Positions 34,724 to 45,060 of a stretch of 64,000 nt of DNA are shown here, piece after piece; within the stretch, counting starts at the first letter, position 1, and every line of letters begins with the position of its first letter. The stretch is from Myxococcales bacterium (GTDB lineage Bacteria; Myxococcota_A; Polyangia; Polyangiales; SLQV01), in the NCBI GenBank assembly GCA_007131285.1, contig SLQV01000005.1, positions 568 to 64,567 of the forward strand, written 5' to 3'. Below the pieces are notes generated by a model that searched no databases, was not told the DNA's origin, and was given only the letters and a program-made list of their open reading frames with translations. The position numbers and the translations under genes are program-made.

Positions 34724-37327
34724 CTAGAGACGGGTACGAGCGCCTAAACGCTCGCCAGCTACGCGCATAGCTTGAGAAGCGGACGTGACTTCTTCATCCG
34801 TCAAGGTTCGGCCAAGGTCTCGAAAAACACAGCGGAAGGCTAAGCTGCGACATCCCGCTGCGCGAAGGGCCGCATCTTCGTAAAGATCAAAGGGGACGAC
34901 GCTGACAAGTGTTTCGCCACCTGCAGCGCGTAGTGCAGCCACTAGCGTTTCGGCCCGTAATGCATGAGGTACTTCAAAGGCAAGATCACGCTCAGCTGCG
35001 GGAAAACGCGGGGGATCTTGGAGCGCACTTGCCACGCTTCCCGGCAGCGCGGCGAGTTCAACCTCGCCCACCACAATCGCACCGCGCAAGCCGAGCGCTT
35101 CCCGGACCTCGGGGTGCAAAACGCCCACCCAACCGATAGGTGCGCCCTCGGCCGCTGCCACGATACCCTCGGTTGACCACAACGTCGCAGACTGCCTCGG
35201 ATGCAACCAAGCGGGCAACTCGGCATCACTGAAGCGCAACGCGCCGGCAGGAGCAAGCATCTCCACGATCGCCTTCGCGTCGTAATAGTCAACTTCCTGA
35301 CTACCATCGAGCCAACCCGGGGCCGTGCCGCTTAGTACCCAGGCTAGATGGGTGCGCTCGGTGGGCTTTGGGCTAGCACCGTCTCCTTGAAAAACGGTGC
35401 CTATCTCAAATAGCGCCGCGGAGAACTGCTGTCGCCGCTGCGCGTCGAGCAGAACGTCCAGGAGCGATGGATACAAGAGCGGGCGCAGGACGTCGCGGTC
35501 GTCTGTGAGCGGATTTTGTAGCGGCCAGTTTGACGCGGGCGCCCGAGCGATCTTTAGCCACGCACTGCTGATAAAGGCAAAGGTCACCGCTTCACCGAGC
35601 CCTCGGGCTCGAAGCGCAGCGGCAGCCCGTGCTTCCCGCCTCAGCAGCGGTGCGATACCACCAGCACCGACCAAGGCAGGCAATGCGGCTTGAAAGGTTT
35701 CGTAGCCTTCTAGGCGCGCAACCTCTTCAATGAGGTCAACCTCACGCGTCAGATCGCGCCGCACATCTGGCGGGATCACCTCGAGTGCACTTGGCGCCTC
35801 ACCCGCACTCTGGCCCGCACGATCTGCTAGCAGCGTGACTTCGCACCCAAGATGACGTAGGTGCATAGCCATGCGCTCAGCCGCAACTGCGCGCCCCATA
35901 AACGCTGCAAAACGGGCGGGCCGCAGCTGAACGGTGCGCGGGGCCATCATAGACGTGTAGCTCGTAAGGCCAGTACAGCACCCACCTGCACCCAAGCGCT
36001 GTAACCAACGCGCGCACGTCGCCAAGATCGCGGCTAACCCTTGTGATCCAAGGCCGCGTTCAAAGCGGTGCGAGGCATCGGTATGCAGGCCAAGTCTTTT
36101 CGCCGTACGCCTCACGCTTTCCGGCGCAAAGTGGGCAGCTTCGATGAGCAGAGCAGAGGTGGACGCGTTGACCTCACTCGTCGCGCCACCCATGATCCCA
36201 GCAAGGGCTTGAGGACCTTGCGCATCCGCAATGACGACATCGCCGGCTTCAAGCACGTGTCGCGAACCGTCGAGCAGGGTGATGGACTCATTCGGTACCG
36301 CCATACGGACGGCGAGCGTGCCCGCGAGCCGCTCGCGGTCGAAGGCGTGCACAGGGTGCCCGGTTTCGAGCAGTGTAAGGTTAGTCGCATCGACAATGTT
36401 GCTTACCGGCCGTTGACCGAGTCGGTTGAGCAGCGCCTGCACTTCCCAGGGACTCGGGCGTAGGCATACGCTTTGCCATGCAACGGCGGCATAGCCTTCG
36501 CAGACAGACGGCGCCTGAATATCGAGCGCGATGGCGGGCGTTCCGGAGGCGCACGTTGTGCCCAGAGGCGCCTCAAAGCGGCGGCCACGGAGCGCGCATA
36601 GGTCGCGCGCGACGCCCCAGTGCCCCAACGCATCTGCTCGGTTGGGTGTCACCCCCAGCTCAAGAATGTAATCCTCAAGGCGCAATGCGTCCGCCACAAG
36701 GGTGCCCACCGCGTGATCAGGGAGCGTGATGACCTCGTGGGGATTGTCGGCAATTTCTAGGTCGGCGGCTGAACAGAGCATGCCTTCGGAAAGCTCACCG
36801 CGAACCGTGCGCGCCTCTATCCGATGACCCCGTTTGAGCTGACGACCAGGTCTCACGAATGCAACCTTATCGCCAACGCCGAGCCCGTTGATCGAGCGCG
36901 CAATCACGCTAAACGCCTGGGCCTTTTCAGCATCAGCGACCGGGTTACTCCCACGATGCGGTCCCTCATTGGGCACACGCGCACCACGGTCCGGGCACAT
37001 CGGCATCGTTCGGACCTGCACGCGTCCAGGCACCTGCGGCGCGGATGGTTGCGCGGCGCTCACGCCCCCTTCACTCAACCGTGAACCTTCTCTCGCTGTG
37101 CCCTCTCCCATGGCGGCGACGTTGCACGGAGACTTAGCAACGAGAGCCCGGTCTTGCGACGCAAGCGGTACAACACTCACGATCTCGGCAACTTCCGCTT
37201 CACAGCCAGCACCAACGTGAGTGACAGCCTCGACCTCAAGACCGCCAGCCGTCAGCAGAGCAGCGACCTCGTCAGGCTGTAGGTGCTCGCCTACCAACTC
37301 CTGAAGCCACGTGAGCGACACGCGCAC
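34724..37327 (-). CDS. pheT: phenylalanine--tRNA ligase beta subunit
   Basis: MRVSLTWLQELV..., RGELSEGMLCSAADL, B3/4 and B5 blocks (NRADALGHWGVARDL, PVSNIVDATN, GIMGG) and a C-terminal FDX-ACB-like region. Follows pheS with a 1-nt overlap. Confidence 0.9.
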   Translation of the reverse strand: MRVSLTWLQELVGEHLQPDEVAALLTAGGLEVEAVTHVGAGCEAEVAEIVSVVPLASQDRALVAKSPCNVAAMGEGTAREGSRLSEGGVSAAQPSAPQVPGRVQVRTMPMCPDRGARVPNEGPHRGSNPVADAEKAQAFSVIARSINGLGVGDKVAFVRPGRQLKRGHRIEARTVRGELSEGMLCSAADLEIADNPHEVITLPDHAVGTLVADALRLEDYILELGVTPNRADALGHWGVARDLCALRGRRFEAPLGTTCASGTPAIALDIQAPSVCEGYAAVAWQSVCLRPSPWEVQALLNRLGQRPVSNIVDATNLTLLETGHPVHAFDRERLAGTLAVRMAVPNESITLLDGSRHVLEAGDVVIADAQGPQALAGIMGGATSEVNASTSALLIEAAHFAPESVRRTAKRLGLHTDASHRFERGLGSQGLAAILATCARWLQRLGAGGCCTGLTSYTSMMAPRTVQLRPARFAAFMGRAVAAERMAMHLRHLGCEVTLLADRAGQSAGEAPSALEVIPPDVRRDLTREVDLIEEVARLEGYETFQAALPALVGAGGIAPLLRREARAAAALRARGLGEAVTFAFISSAWLKIARAPASNWPLQNPLTDDRDVLRPLLYPSLLDVLLDAQRRQQFSAALFEIGTVFQGDGASPKPTERTHLAWVLSGTAPGWLDGSQEVDYYDAKAIVEMLAPAGALRFSDAELPAWLHPRQSATLWSTEGIVAAAEGAPIGWVGVLHPEVREALGLRGAIVVGEVELAALPGSVASALQDPPRFPAAERDLAFEVPHALRAETLVAALRAAGGETLVSVVPFDLYEDAALRAAGCRSLAFRCVFRDLGRTLTDEEVTSASQAMRVAGERLGARTRL

Positions 37328-38499
37328 TAGGCACCTCCGGCAACGTAAGCGGGGAAATTCGACAGAAACGCAGGGTCGTTCGCGTATAGCCAGCGAATAT
37401 CTCGGACGCCGTAGCGCAGCATTGCTAGCCGGTCGACGCCCAGCCCGAAGGCGAAGCCCGAATAGCGCTCGTAGTCGATGCCCGCCGGCTCAAAAACGTT
37501 GGGGTGAATCATGCCGCAGCCGAGCACTTCAACCCAGCCCGAATCCTTGCACACTCGGCAAGAACGGTTCGGCTCGCAGAACGGACAAGAAATATCGAGT
37601 TCGGCGCCGGGCTCTACAAAGGGAAAGTAAGAAGGACGCAGGCGTACGGCCCGATCTGCACCGAAGAGCGCCTGAACAAAGCGGGTTAATGTTCCCCGTA
37701 AATGCGCGAACGAAATACCTTTTGCGATATGAAAGCCCTCAAGCTGGTAGAACATTGGCGAATGGGTAATGTCGTCGTCACGGCGAAACACCGCACCGGC
37801 GGATACAACAGCCATGGGTGGCTCGCGTCGATGCATCTCTTGCACCTGGACATTGGACGTGTGGGTGCGCAGCAGCAGACGCGCGTCGCCCGCGCCGCCG
37901 CCCGCAACGAAAAACGAATCCTGCATGTCCGTAGCAGGATGATCTTTCGGAAAACCGAGGAAAGTGAAGTTATGCCCGTAGGTATCAACCTGCGGGCCGC
38001 TCACCGCTTCAAAACCCAGCGAGCGGAATAGTTCGATAAGCTCGCGCCCCGTCGCCAAAACGGGGTGAAACGTTCCCGGAGCGCCGCACCTACCTGGCAG
38101 GGTGATATCGAGCGGTGCGACCGCAAGCTCCCGCGCCAAAGAATCCCGACGCAGACGGCTTTCCGCCTCTGCAACAGCAGCCTCGATAGCTTTTTTAGCT
38201 CCGTTGATAGCCTGGCCGAACGCTTTCCGTTCAGCAGGCTCTATCTGCTTCATGCGCTCAAAGAGGCGCCGCAGCCGACCATCACCACCCAGCCAACGGG
38301 CCGCCTCGAAACGCAGAGCCTCCTGAGTTTTGGCCGCGACGAGTCGCTCGGCGGCCTCTTGCCCAAGTGCTCGAACATCGGCGATATTGACTATAGATCT
38401 TTCATCAGACCCTTTCGGGTCCATGCTCTCCGTACTAGAAACCCGCGAGTTGCCATTCCCACTCATGTAGGTTGCTCCCAGAGTTGACCCCCCAAGCAA
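37327..38499 (-). CDS. pheS: phenylalanine--tRNA ligase alpha subunit
   Basis: HPVLATGRELIELFRSLGF, LLRTHTSNVQVQEM, GAVFRRDDDITHSPMFYQLEG, FPFVEPGAELDI, GCGMIHPNV, GFAFGLGVDRLAML. The start is uncertain (Mets at aa 1, 12 and 26). Confidence 0.92.
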   Translation of the reverse strand: MLGGSTLGATYMSGNGNSRVSSTESMDPKGSDERSIVNIADVRALGQEAAERLVAAKTQEALRFEAARWLGGDGRLRRLFERMKQIEPAERKAFGQAINGAKKAIEAAVAEAESRLRRDSLARELAVAPLDITLPGRCGAPGTFHPVLATGRELIELFRSLGFEAVSGPQVDTYGHNFTFLGFPKDHPATDMQDSFFVAGGGAGDARLLLRTHTSNVQVQEMHRREPPMAVVSAGAVFRRDDDITHSPMFYQLEGFHIAKGISFAHLRGTLTRFVQALFGADRAVRLRPSYFPFVEPGAELDISCPFCEPNRSCRVCKDSGWVEVLGCGMIHPNVFEPAGIDYERYSGFAFGLGVDRLAMLRYGVRDIRWLYANDPAFLSNFPAYVAGGA

Positions 38500-38525
38500 T
38501 GAGCGGCCCTGGAATGCTAGCGGCG

Positions 38526-38873
38526 CTAGGCGCGCGCCGCTTCCACGATGGCAGTGAAGGCGGCCGGCTCGTTGTAGGCGAGCTCTGCAAGCGCACGCCT
38601 GTCTAGATCAATGTTGCGGGCCTTCAGCATGCCCATAAACCTGCTGTAGGAAAGGCCATGAACGCGTACCGCTGCATTGATACGGGTGATCCATAGAGCA
38701 CGGTATTCGCGCTTCCGCTCCTTGCGGTGACGGTAAGCGTCCGTCCAACCACTCCGCACCTGCAGCACCGCGCTGCGGAAGGTCCGACTGCGGGCACCAT
38801 AGTAACCGCTGGCCGCCTGAAGAATGCGGTTACGACGCCTCCGCGCTTTAACTCCTCGCTTAACTCTCGCCAT
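38526..38873 (-). CDS. rplT: 50S ribosomal protein L20
   Basis: [35 protein letters not shown]...[16 protein letters not shown]. Confidence 0.95.
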   Translation of the reverse strand: MARVKRGVKARRRRNRILQAASGYYGARSRTFRSAVLQVRSGWTDAYRHRKERKREYRALWITRINAAVRVHGLSYSRFMGMLKARNIDLDRRALAELAYNEPAAFTAIVEAARA

Positions 38874-39029
38874 CGCTCACTCTGCTCTCTTCGAACCTAA
38901 ACTTGGTGGAAATCCGTGACTGCCCCGCTCAGCGGTGCCGACCTTAAGCCGACACGCATCGCTTGAACGGTGACGCGCTCTAGCCGAGTACGCCGTCGGC
39001 CTTCCGACACCTACCCAGGCAATGCTCAC

Positions 39030-39233
39030 CTAGACCCCAGAATACGGCAGTAATCGGATGATTCTTCCGTGATCTGACTTGTCGACAATATCGTTCTTAC
39101 GCAGCCGGCGAAGACGGTTGCCCGCCTTACCGTACATACGGTGGCTCTTTCCAGCTTTACCGCAGCGCACCTTGCCGGTTCCCGTTATCCGGAAGCGCTT
39201 GGCGGCAGCACGGTTGGTCTTCATTTTGGGCAT
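39030..39233 (-). CDS. rpmI: 50S ribosomal protein L35
   Basis: MPKMKTNRAAAKRFRITGTGKVRCGKAGKSHRM. Confidence 0.92.
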   Translation of the reverse strand: MPKMKTNRAAAKRFRITGTGKVRCGKAGKSHRMYGKAGNRLRRLRKNDIVDKSDHGRIIRLLPYSGV

Positions 39234-39529
39234 AAGCTTAATCCGGCAGAGGCGCGAGTCTTAGGGCGCAACGACGCGCGATACGTACTCGAAGCAAGCA
39301 CGAGCGCACGGGCCTGGGCGCGCCGAGCACCTATAGGCCCCCCTTTTTACGGCCTCATGGTCTATCGCAGCCCGGGAGCGTGGTCAAGCAAGAGACCCTC
39401 GCTTGCTCCCTCAGATGGCCCCAATAAGCGGGATGGCGCGCACGAGTACCCTGCGGAGCCACCGCGGATCAGGCGATCGCTTTGGCTCAGAATACGTCAT
39501 CACGTGCCGAGCCTCGAACACATACAAGC

Positions 39530-40303
39530 CTAAAGTTGAGCGAGCTGGCGCAGCATTATCACCTCACCTGCGCGCAGGCGACGCCATGTGCCTGGGGCAA
39601 GACCTTGCGTGCTCAGGCCTGCGAAGGCTACGCGGTGGAGGGAAATCAACTTCAAGCCACACGCCTGAGCCATTAATCGCACCTGGCGCTTATGGCCTTC
39701 TCTTAGACGCACCTCCAGGCTGCATTCGCCCGGATGACGCTCAGGCAAACGAAGCACCTCGCAGGGCTGGGTGAGATGGCCATCTTCCAGCTCAGTCCCA
39801 GCAGCCATGTGTTCGAGCGCCGTGTCAGGCACTGGCGGCCGCAGCCGCAATACGTAGCGCTTCTCGACCTTGTATCGGGGGTGCAGCAGTCGGGCTGCTA
39901 GCTCACCATCGTCGGTGAGCAGCAACGCGCCTGTGGTGTAGCGATCAAGGCGACCGACGGGAAAGAGGCGGACGCCCGGAAGTTCGATAAGGTCAATAAC
40001 GGTGCGCCGTCCTTCCGGGTCGAAAGCCGTTGTCACGGCATCACGCGGCTTATTAAGCAGCACGTAGGTGAGGCGACGTGGGGCCGTCAGCAACTCTCCA
40101 TCCACGCGCAACTCGTCGACATCGGGATCCACGAGCGTCCCCAGGCGGTCAACGATCACGCCGTTGACCGAGACGCGCCGGTCGAGAATGTAGGTTTCGG
40201 CGTGGCGCCGCGATGCTAGGCCAGCACTCGCCAACGCCTTCTGCAGGCGCACTCGATTGCCCTTCTCTGCATCTCTCCTACTGACTCGTTCTCTTTCCTT
40301 CAT
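39530..40303 (-). CDS. rluB: pseudouridine synthase, RsuA/RluB family (S4 domain plus catalytic domain)
   Basis: S4: VRLQKALASAGLASRRHAETYILDRRVSVNG. Catalytic: LFPVGRLDRYTTGALLLTDDGELA, KRYV. Confidence 0.8.
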   Translation of the reverse strand: MKERERVSRRDAEKGNRVRLQKALASAGLASRRHAETYILDRRVSVNGVIVDRLGTLVDPDVDELRVDGELLTAPRRLTYVLLNKPRDAVTTAFDPEGRRTVIDLIELPGVRLFPVGRLDRYTTGALLLTDDGELAARLLHPRYKVEKRYVLRLRPPVPDTALEHMAAGTELEDGHLTQPCEVLRLPERHPGECSLEVRLREGHKRQVRLMAQACGLKLISLHRVAFAGLSTQGLAPGTWRRLRAGEVIMLRQLAQL

Positions 40304-40555
40304 GCGTTGTCACCACGGTCGCCGAAGGCCGGGGGCCCGGATCCTGGAGCCTGATGCATGGTACGCCCATGAAATTTTGGCGCACGACATCACCGTCGTC
40401 GCGGGCGCCGTCAAACCAGAGCATGAGCACACATTGATGACGTGAGCTGGCGCCCGAGACGGGCGATGTCACGCCCGACAGCCAACACGTAGCATCGAAC
40501 GCCGAACGCCTAGCAGACGCGCCAAGCGCAGGGCCGCACCTGGAGCCTCGACGGG

Positions 40556-41287
40556 CTAACTGTTCTGATACCGCTCGTCGAGCGCCTCCGAACGTTGCCA
40601 AGCATCAACGATGCCATCTCCATCTGTATCACGACCTATGCGCACGAGGTTCCCCTCGTCGTAATACTCCCAGGTATCGGGCTTCCACTCGCCTGCACGT
40701 GACCTACCGACCAAATCGCGCTCGGCACGAACCGCCACTCCCTTTTCATAGAAGACGCGCGTCTCAAGCGTGCCATCGCCCGTTACGTCGAGCTCTTGCC
40801 ACACAACCTCCCCGTTCTGGTAGTAGGCTCGCTTGTCAATCTTGCCGTCAAAATTACGGTCTGCGATGGCCCGGCTTGGCCTACCGGTCGGGCTATAGAG
40901 CATGACGTAATCGTAAATGCCGTCACCATCAAGATCTGCTTCCCGACACAGGGGCAGCACAATACCTTCGTCCGACTTGCGTACGTAACGACGCACATCG
41001 GGCCGCTGGTCCCCGCTCGTATCGTAGGCAACAAAGTAGGGACTTCGGTGCGACTCGGGGCAGGCTATAGGCCCGCGAGGCGTGCTGCGTTCGGCGTCAT
41101 TTAAGACGTTCTCTGCGTCGCCCTGACCGTCCGGCTTCGACGCGCCGCCGCAGCCGAGCGCAATAATAGTGGTTAGACAAGCGACCGCGCCAATGCCGCA
41201 TGCGCTGCGTTTACCGCACATTGCGGCGCCGCCCTGCGCTACGCTGCCGCTGCGACTGACCATCCATACCCTGCTTGCGTTTTTCAT
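40556..41287 (-). CDS. lipoprotein with EF-hand-like DxDxDG repeats
   Basis: Lipobox IALGCGG. Repeats DLDGDGIYD, DRNFDGKIDKRAYYQNG, DVTGDGTLETRVFYEKG, DTDGDGIVDAW. Confidence 0.65.
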   Translation of the reverse strand: MKNASRVWMVSRSGSVAQGGAAMCGKRSACGIGAVACLTTIIALGCGGASKPDGQGDAENVLNDAERSTPRGPIACPESHRSPYFVAYDTSGDQRPDVRRYVRKSDEGIVLPLCREADLDGDGIYDYVMLYSPTGRPSRAIADRNFDGKIDKRAYYQNGEVVWQELDVTGDGTLETRVFYEKGVAVRAERDLVGRSRAGEWKPDTWEYYDEGNLVRIGRDTDGDGIVDAWQRSEALDERYQNS

Positions 41288-42306
41288 GCGTCGCCCCCGG
41301 CTGCGTTGTTCTGACCAGCACTGTCCTCACCGTCTTCGCTCGGGTCTTCGTCGCTCTGCCCGCCCTGAACGGCCCCGGACTCAGCCTTGTCTGCCGCGTT
41401 TTTCGAAGCCGACCCCGCAGCCGCGGCGTCAGACGCCGACTGTGCCGGACGGTTGGGTGCCGCCGCGCCGTCAGCGAAGCCTACGGGTGAACTTTCGCAG
41501 GAAAAAGGCTTCATCACGCCCACTGCCGTACTCGCTTCAACTTCGTCTTCGCGATCAACGTTGCCGTCTCCATTGTCGTCAAAGCGTACCTTGATCAGGC
41601 GACCTTCTTCGTAAACTTCCCAGCGGTCCACCGCACCACTTCGGTTGGTATCGTAGCTGGCTGCGGCCAGTACACCGCGTTCGTAGACTTCAAACGTATC
41701 TCGGCCACCGGGCCCCCGGTGCCTTTGGCGCTCGATCCCACTGACCCAGCCATCTTCGTCGCAGGTGATCCAGGTGTCGATCACGCGGTCGAAGTCGGTG
41801 TCGAGGTGATGCTGACGCGCCTTGCCTGCGCTGTAATAGGTAATCTGGTCAGGGCGACCGTCGAAATCGAAGTCGTAGACACTCTGCAGCAGGGTAGTGC
41901 CGTTTTCGTCGTACACCTGCGTCATATCCAGACGACCGTTGTGGTTCAGATCGTAGGTCGCGCAACGCAGCACCCCGTCACGCGTATACTGGCGAATATC
42001 GACCCGACCATCCCCGTTACCGTCGACTTCGATCATGTCGTTACCTGAGCTGCTACAGTAGAGGTCCCGCAAATCGCGAAAGCCTTCCGTAGCCTGAACA
42101 TCTTGTGGTTTTGCTCCACCACACCCGAGCGCGGCCATTGGCCCGAATAGACCTGCCACAAGTCCGCACGCCCAGCCTGAGCCACGCAACACCCTGCTCG
42201 CTGTAGCCAAGAAGATATCGCGCTTGCAGCCAAAGTCCCTACCGGCCCCGGCATCGCGAGGTCCACCATTACGGGTCCTGAGATCGCGGATCACTTGCAT
42301 CATCAC
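41284..42306 (-). CDS. lipoprotein with EF-hand-like DxDxDG repeats (paralog of the downstream gene), acidic low-complexity tail
   Basis: Lipobox AALGCGG. Repeats DGNGDGRVDIRQY, DLNHNGRLDMTQVY, DFDFDGRPDQITYY, DTNRSGAVDRWEVY, DDNGDGNVD. 4-nt overlap with the next gene. Confidence 0.65.
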   Translation of the reverse strand: MMMQVIRDLRTRNGGPRDAGAGRDFGCKRDIFLATASRVLRGSGWACGLVAGLFGPMAALGCGGAKPQDVQATEGFRDLRDLYCSSSGNDMIEVDGNGDGRVDIRQYTRDGVLRCATYDLNHNGRLDMTQVYDENGTTLLQSVYDFDFDGRPDQITYYSAGKARQHHLDTDFDRVIDTWITCDEDGWVSGIERQRHRGPGGRDTFEVYERGVLAAASYDTNRSGAVDRWEVYEEGRLIKVRFDDNGDGNVDREDEVEASTAVGVMKPFSCESSPVGFADGAAAPNRPAQSASDAAAAGSASKNAADKAESGAVQGGQSDEDPSEDGEDSAGQNNAAGGDA

Positions 42307-42622
42307 TCTCTATCCCATCTGCGGGCCGTGTAGTCCCGTAGCCCAGCGTTGCGGCGCATGGAACGCCCGGGAATCCGCCTACATGCACCGCCAAGGCTGC
42401 CCCTCACGTGCCGAACGCAGCGAACTCACGACATATCCCCGCGTCAGCCTAACCGGCTCTACGCCTGATTGCCAGAGCATGCGCGCCTCCGCAAGAGCCC
42501 CGAGCCATGACCCCACGTCAAACGCGACCGTGTGACCGAAGAAGGACACTCCTATTCCAAGTGCACGGGCGCCTTATCCCAATATGACACTATAGTGTCG
42601 GCTCTGCTCACGAGGTATAGAC

Positions 42623-44422
42623 TTGGACCGCGCCCACATCCGCAACTTCTCGATCATCGCTCACATCGACCACGGCAAGAGCACGCTGGCAGACCGGCTC
42701 CTCGAGACCACAGGCACGCTCGCCGCGCGCGACCAGACCGCCCAGTTCTTAGACAACATGGATCTCGAGCGCGAGCGAGGCATTACTATCAAGGCTCAGG
42801 CTGTCACTCTCGCTTACACGGCCCAAGATGGCATCACCTACCAGCTCAACCTGATCGACACGCCCGGCCACGTTGACTTCAGCTACGAGGTATCGCGCTC
42901 TTTGTCCGCGTGCGAAGGCGCGCTGCTCGTCGTCGACGCGACCCAGGGCGTTGAAGCGCAAACCCTCGCCAACGTCTACTTGGCTCTAGAAAACGATCTG
43001 GAGATCATACCGGTACTTAACAAAGTAGATCTGCCGAGTGCAGACCCGGAACGTGTTGCCCGGGAGGTCGAAGAGCTTATCGGCCTCGACTGCAGCAGCC
43101 CCCTCATCGTCAGCGGCAAGACGGGTCAGGGCGTCGACGCCTTGCTCGAAACCCTTGTGAAGACTGTTCCGCCGCCCCAAGGCGACCCAAGCGCTCCCGC
43201 CCGAGCGCTCATTTTTGACAGCTGGTACGACGCCTACCGCGGCGTCGTCTGCTTGGTGCGCATCGTGGACGGCCGGCTTGCCAAGGGCGACAAGATCAAA
43301 ATGATGTCATCGGGGGTCACGTTCGAACTGACCGAGCTTGGCGTCAACGCGCCCAAGCCGCTCGCGCGCAAAGCGCTTGAATGCGGCGAGGTCGGATTTA
43401 TCTCCGCGGCGATCAAAAACATTGCTGACGCTAAGGTAGGCGACACCGTGACGGTCGCGCAGCACGGAGCGACAGAGCCGCTGCCTGGCTTCTCGGAAAG
43501 CAAACCGATGGTCTTTTGCGGCATCTTTCCCACTGAACACGAGCAGTTCGAGGAGATGCGGGATGCACTCCAGCGCCTTAATCTAAACGATAGCGCCTTC
43601 CACTTTGAACCTGAGACCTCCGACGCCTTGGGCTTTGGTTTTCGCTGTGGATTCTTGGGCCTCTTACACATGGAGATTGTCCAGGAGCGACTTGAGCGCG
43701 AACACGGACTGTCCATAGTCACCACTGCGCCAAGTGTCGTGTATCACGTGCACACTCATGCGGGCGAAGTTATCGAAGTTGAAAACCCGTCTCGACTTCC
43801 GAGCCCCACGGACATCAAGGAGATTGAGGAACCCTATTACAAAGTCTCGATCCACGTGCCCACGGAATACGTGGGCGCGGTAATTAAACTCTGCCAAGAA
43901 CGACGCGGCGTGCAGCAGGCCCTTCAGTATTCTACACAGAATCGGGTTGTGGTTGTCTATGACCTTCCCTTGGCTGAAGTTCTCTACGACTTTTTCGATA
44001 AACTTAAATCGAGCACAAAGGGGTACGCTTCTATGGACTACGAACTCGCGTCGTACCGGCCCAATCCATTGGTGCGAATCGACCTACTCATCAATGGTGA
44101 TAAGGTCGACGCATTGAGTGCCGTCGTGCACAAAGACAAGGCCGCTACCATGGGACGACAGCTCGCGCTCAAACTTAAAGATATCGTCCCGCAGCAGCAG
44201 TACGAGGTGGCCATTCAAGCGGCCATTGGCGCGAAAATAATCGCACGCGAGAGCGTTCGAGCGCTACGCAAAGACGTGACCGCCAAATGCTATGGTGGCG
44301 ACATATCGCGCAAACGCAAACTACTCGAGAAACAGAAAGAGGGAAAGAAGCGCATGAAGTCCGTCGGTCGCGTCGATATCCCCCAGGAAGCCTTTCACGC
44401 AATCCTCCGCATAGATAACTAG
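42623..44422 (+). CDS. lepA: translation elongation factor 4 (LepA)
   Basis: [36 protein letters not shown], and the characteristic C-terminus [28 protein letters not shown] start. Confidence 0.95.
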   Translation: MDRAHIRNFSIIAHIDHGKSTLADRLLETTGTLAARDQTAQFLDNMDLERERGITIKAQAVTLAYTAQDGITYQLNLIDTPGHVDFSYEVSRSLSACEGALLVVDATQGVEAQTLANVYLALENDLEIIPVLNKVDLPSADPERVAREVEELIGLDCSSPLIVSGKTGQGVDALLETLVKTVPPPQGDPSAPARALIFDSWYDAYRGVVCLVRIVDGRLAKGDKIKMMSSGVTFELTELGVNAPKPLARKALECGEVGFISAAIKNIADAKVGDTVTVAQHGATEPLPGFSESKPMVFCGIFPTEHEQFEEMRDALQRLNLNDSAFHFEPETSDALGFGFRCGFLGLLHMEIVQERLEREHGLSIVTTAPSVVYHVHTHAGEVIEVENPSRLPSPTDIKEIEEPYYKVSIHVPTEYVGAVIKLCQERRGVQQALQYSTQNRVVVVYDLPLAEVLYDFFDKLKSSTKGYASMDYELASYRPNPLVRIDLLINGDKVDALSAVVHKDKAATMGRQLALKLKDIVPQQQYEVAIQAAIGAKIIARESVRALRKDVTAKCYGGDISRKRKLLEKQKEGKKRMKSVGRVDIPQEAFHAILRIDN

Positions 44423-44446
44423 AAAGGGAACCGAACTTTCAGACCG

Positions 44447-44473
44447 CACCTGGCCAGCGTGCCGGTGTTTTTT
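44447..44473 (+). terminator. rho-independent terminator candidate after lepA
   Basis: cacc(t)ggc cagcgt gccggtg followed by tttttt: a 7-bp GC-rich stem with one bulge and a T6 run, 25 nt after the lepA stop. Confidence 0.6.
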
Positions 44474-44547
44474 GGGCGAACGCTTATCTTTGCTCGACTT
44501 TAGCCGGTGTCCGGCTAGCCTCTCCCAGGGAATTTTACTTTTGGGTC

Positions 44548-45060
44548 TTGAACTTGCTCGCCGGTAGGCCAAAGTCTATCCTTCGCGATGCCTTTCTTTT
44601 GGTAGGCACGGGCTCACTTGTCGCTGCGGCGGTCAATTACGGCCTATCGCAGCGAGCCTCAACTCGAACAAGTCGCGCCCCTGGACGAGATGCAATATAC
44701 TGCCGGCCAAGCCTTAACAGCGCCCCCGCACCTCTGGTCGACTTTCACGCCGCTAAGGCCATCGAGGCACTGTGGGTAGATACGCGTTCCCTAGACGAGT
44801 TTTCACGCTGGCATATGCCTCGAGCCTTGCACCTAAACACGTCCGACGACGGCGTGGCCGCCACTGAAGCCTTGCGGCTACTTGACGCAGCCGCACAGCA
44901 AAATGCGAGCGCCCTGCTCCTTTATGGCAAAGGTGCGCCGGACATCGATCGTATGCAGCGCGTCGCGGCCGGATTGATGCGTTGCGGCATTCGCCAGATC
45001 TTGGTGCTTCAAGAGCACGCCGAGACGGCCTCCAACCAAAACGAGGAGGCTCCGCAGTGA
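44548..45060 (+). CDS. membrane-anchored rhodanese-like domain protein (no obvious catalytic Cys loop)
   Basis: N-terminal TM AFLLVGTGSLVAAAV. Rhodanese-like WVDTRSLDEFSRWHMPRALHL...LLLYGKG, where active rhodaneses have C-x-x-G-x-R. Confidence 0.6.
   Translation: MNLLAGRPKSILRDAFLLVGTGSLVAAAVNYGLSQRASTRTSRAPGRDAIYCRPSLNSAPAPLVDFHAAKAIEALWVDTRSLDEFSRWHMPRALHLNTSDDGVAATEALRLLDAAAQQNASALLLYGKGAPDIDRMQRVAAGLMRCGIRQILVLQEHAETASNQNEEAPQ

Noticed and set aside
44982-45056. Upstream extension of the MauE-like ORF overlapping the rhodanese gene
   Set aside because: An in-frame GTG at 45057 with a GAGGAGG ribosome-binding site and a GTGA stop/start overlap is a much better start. The extension would overlap 79 nt of the preceding gene.
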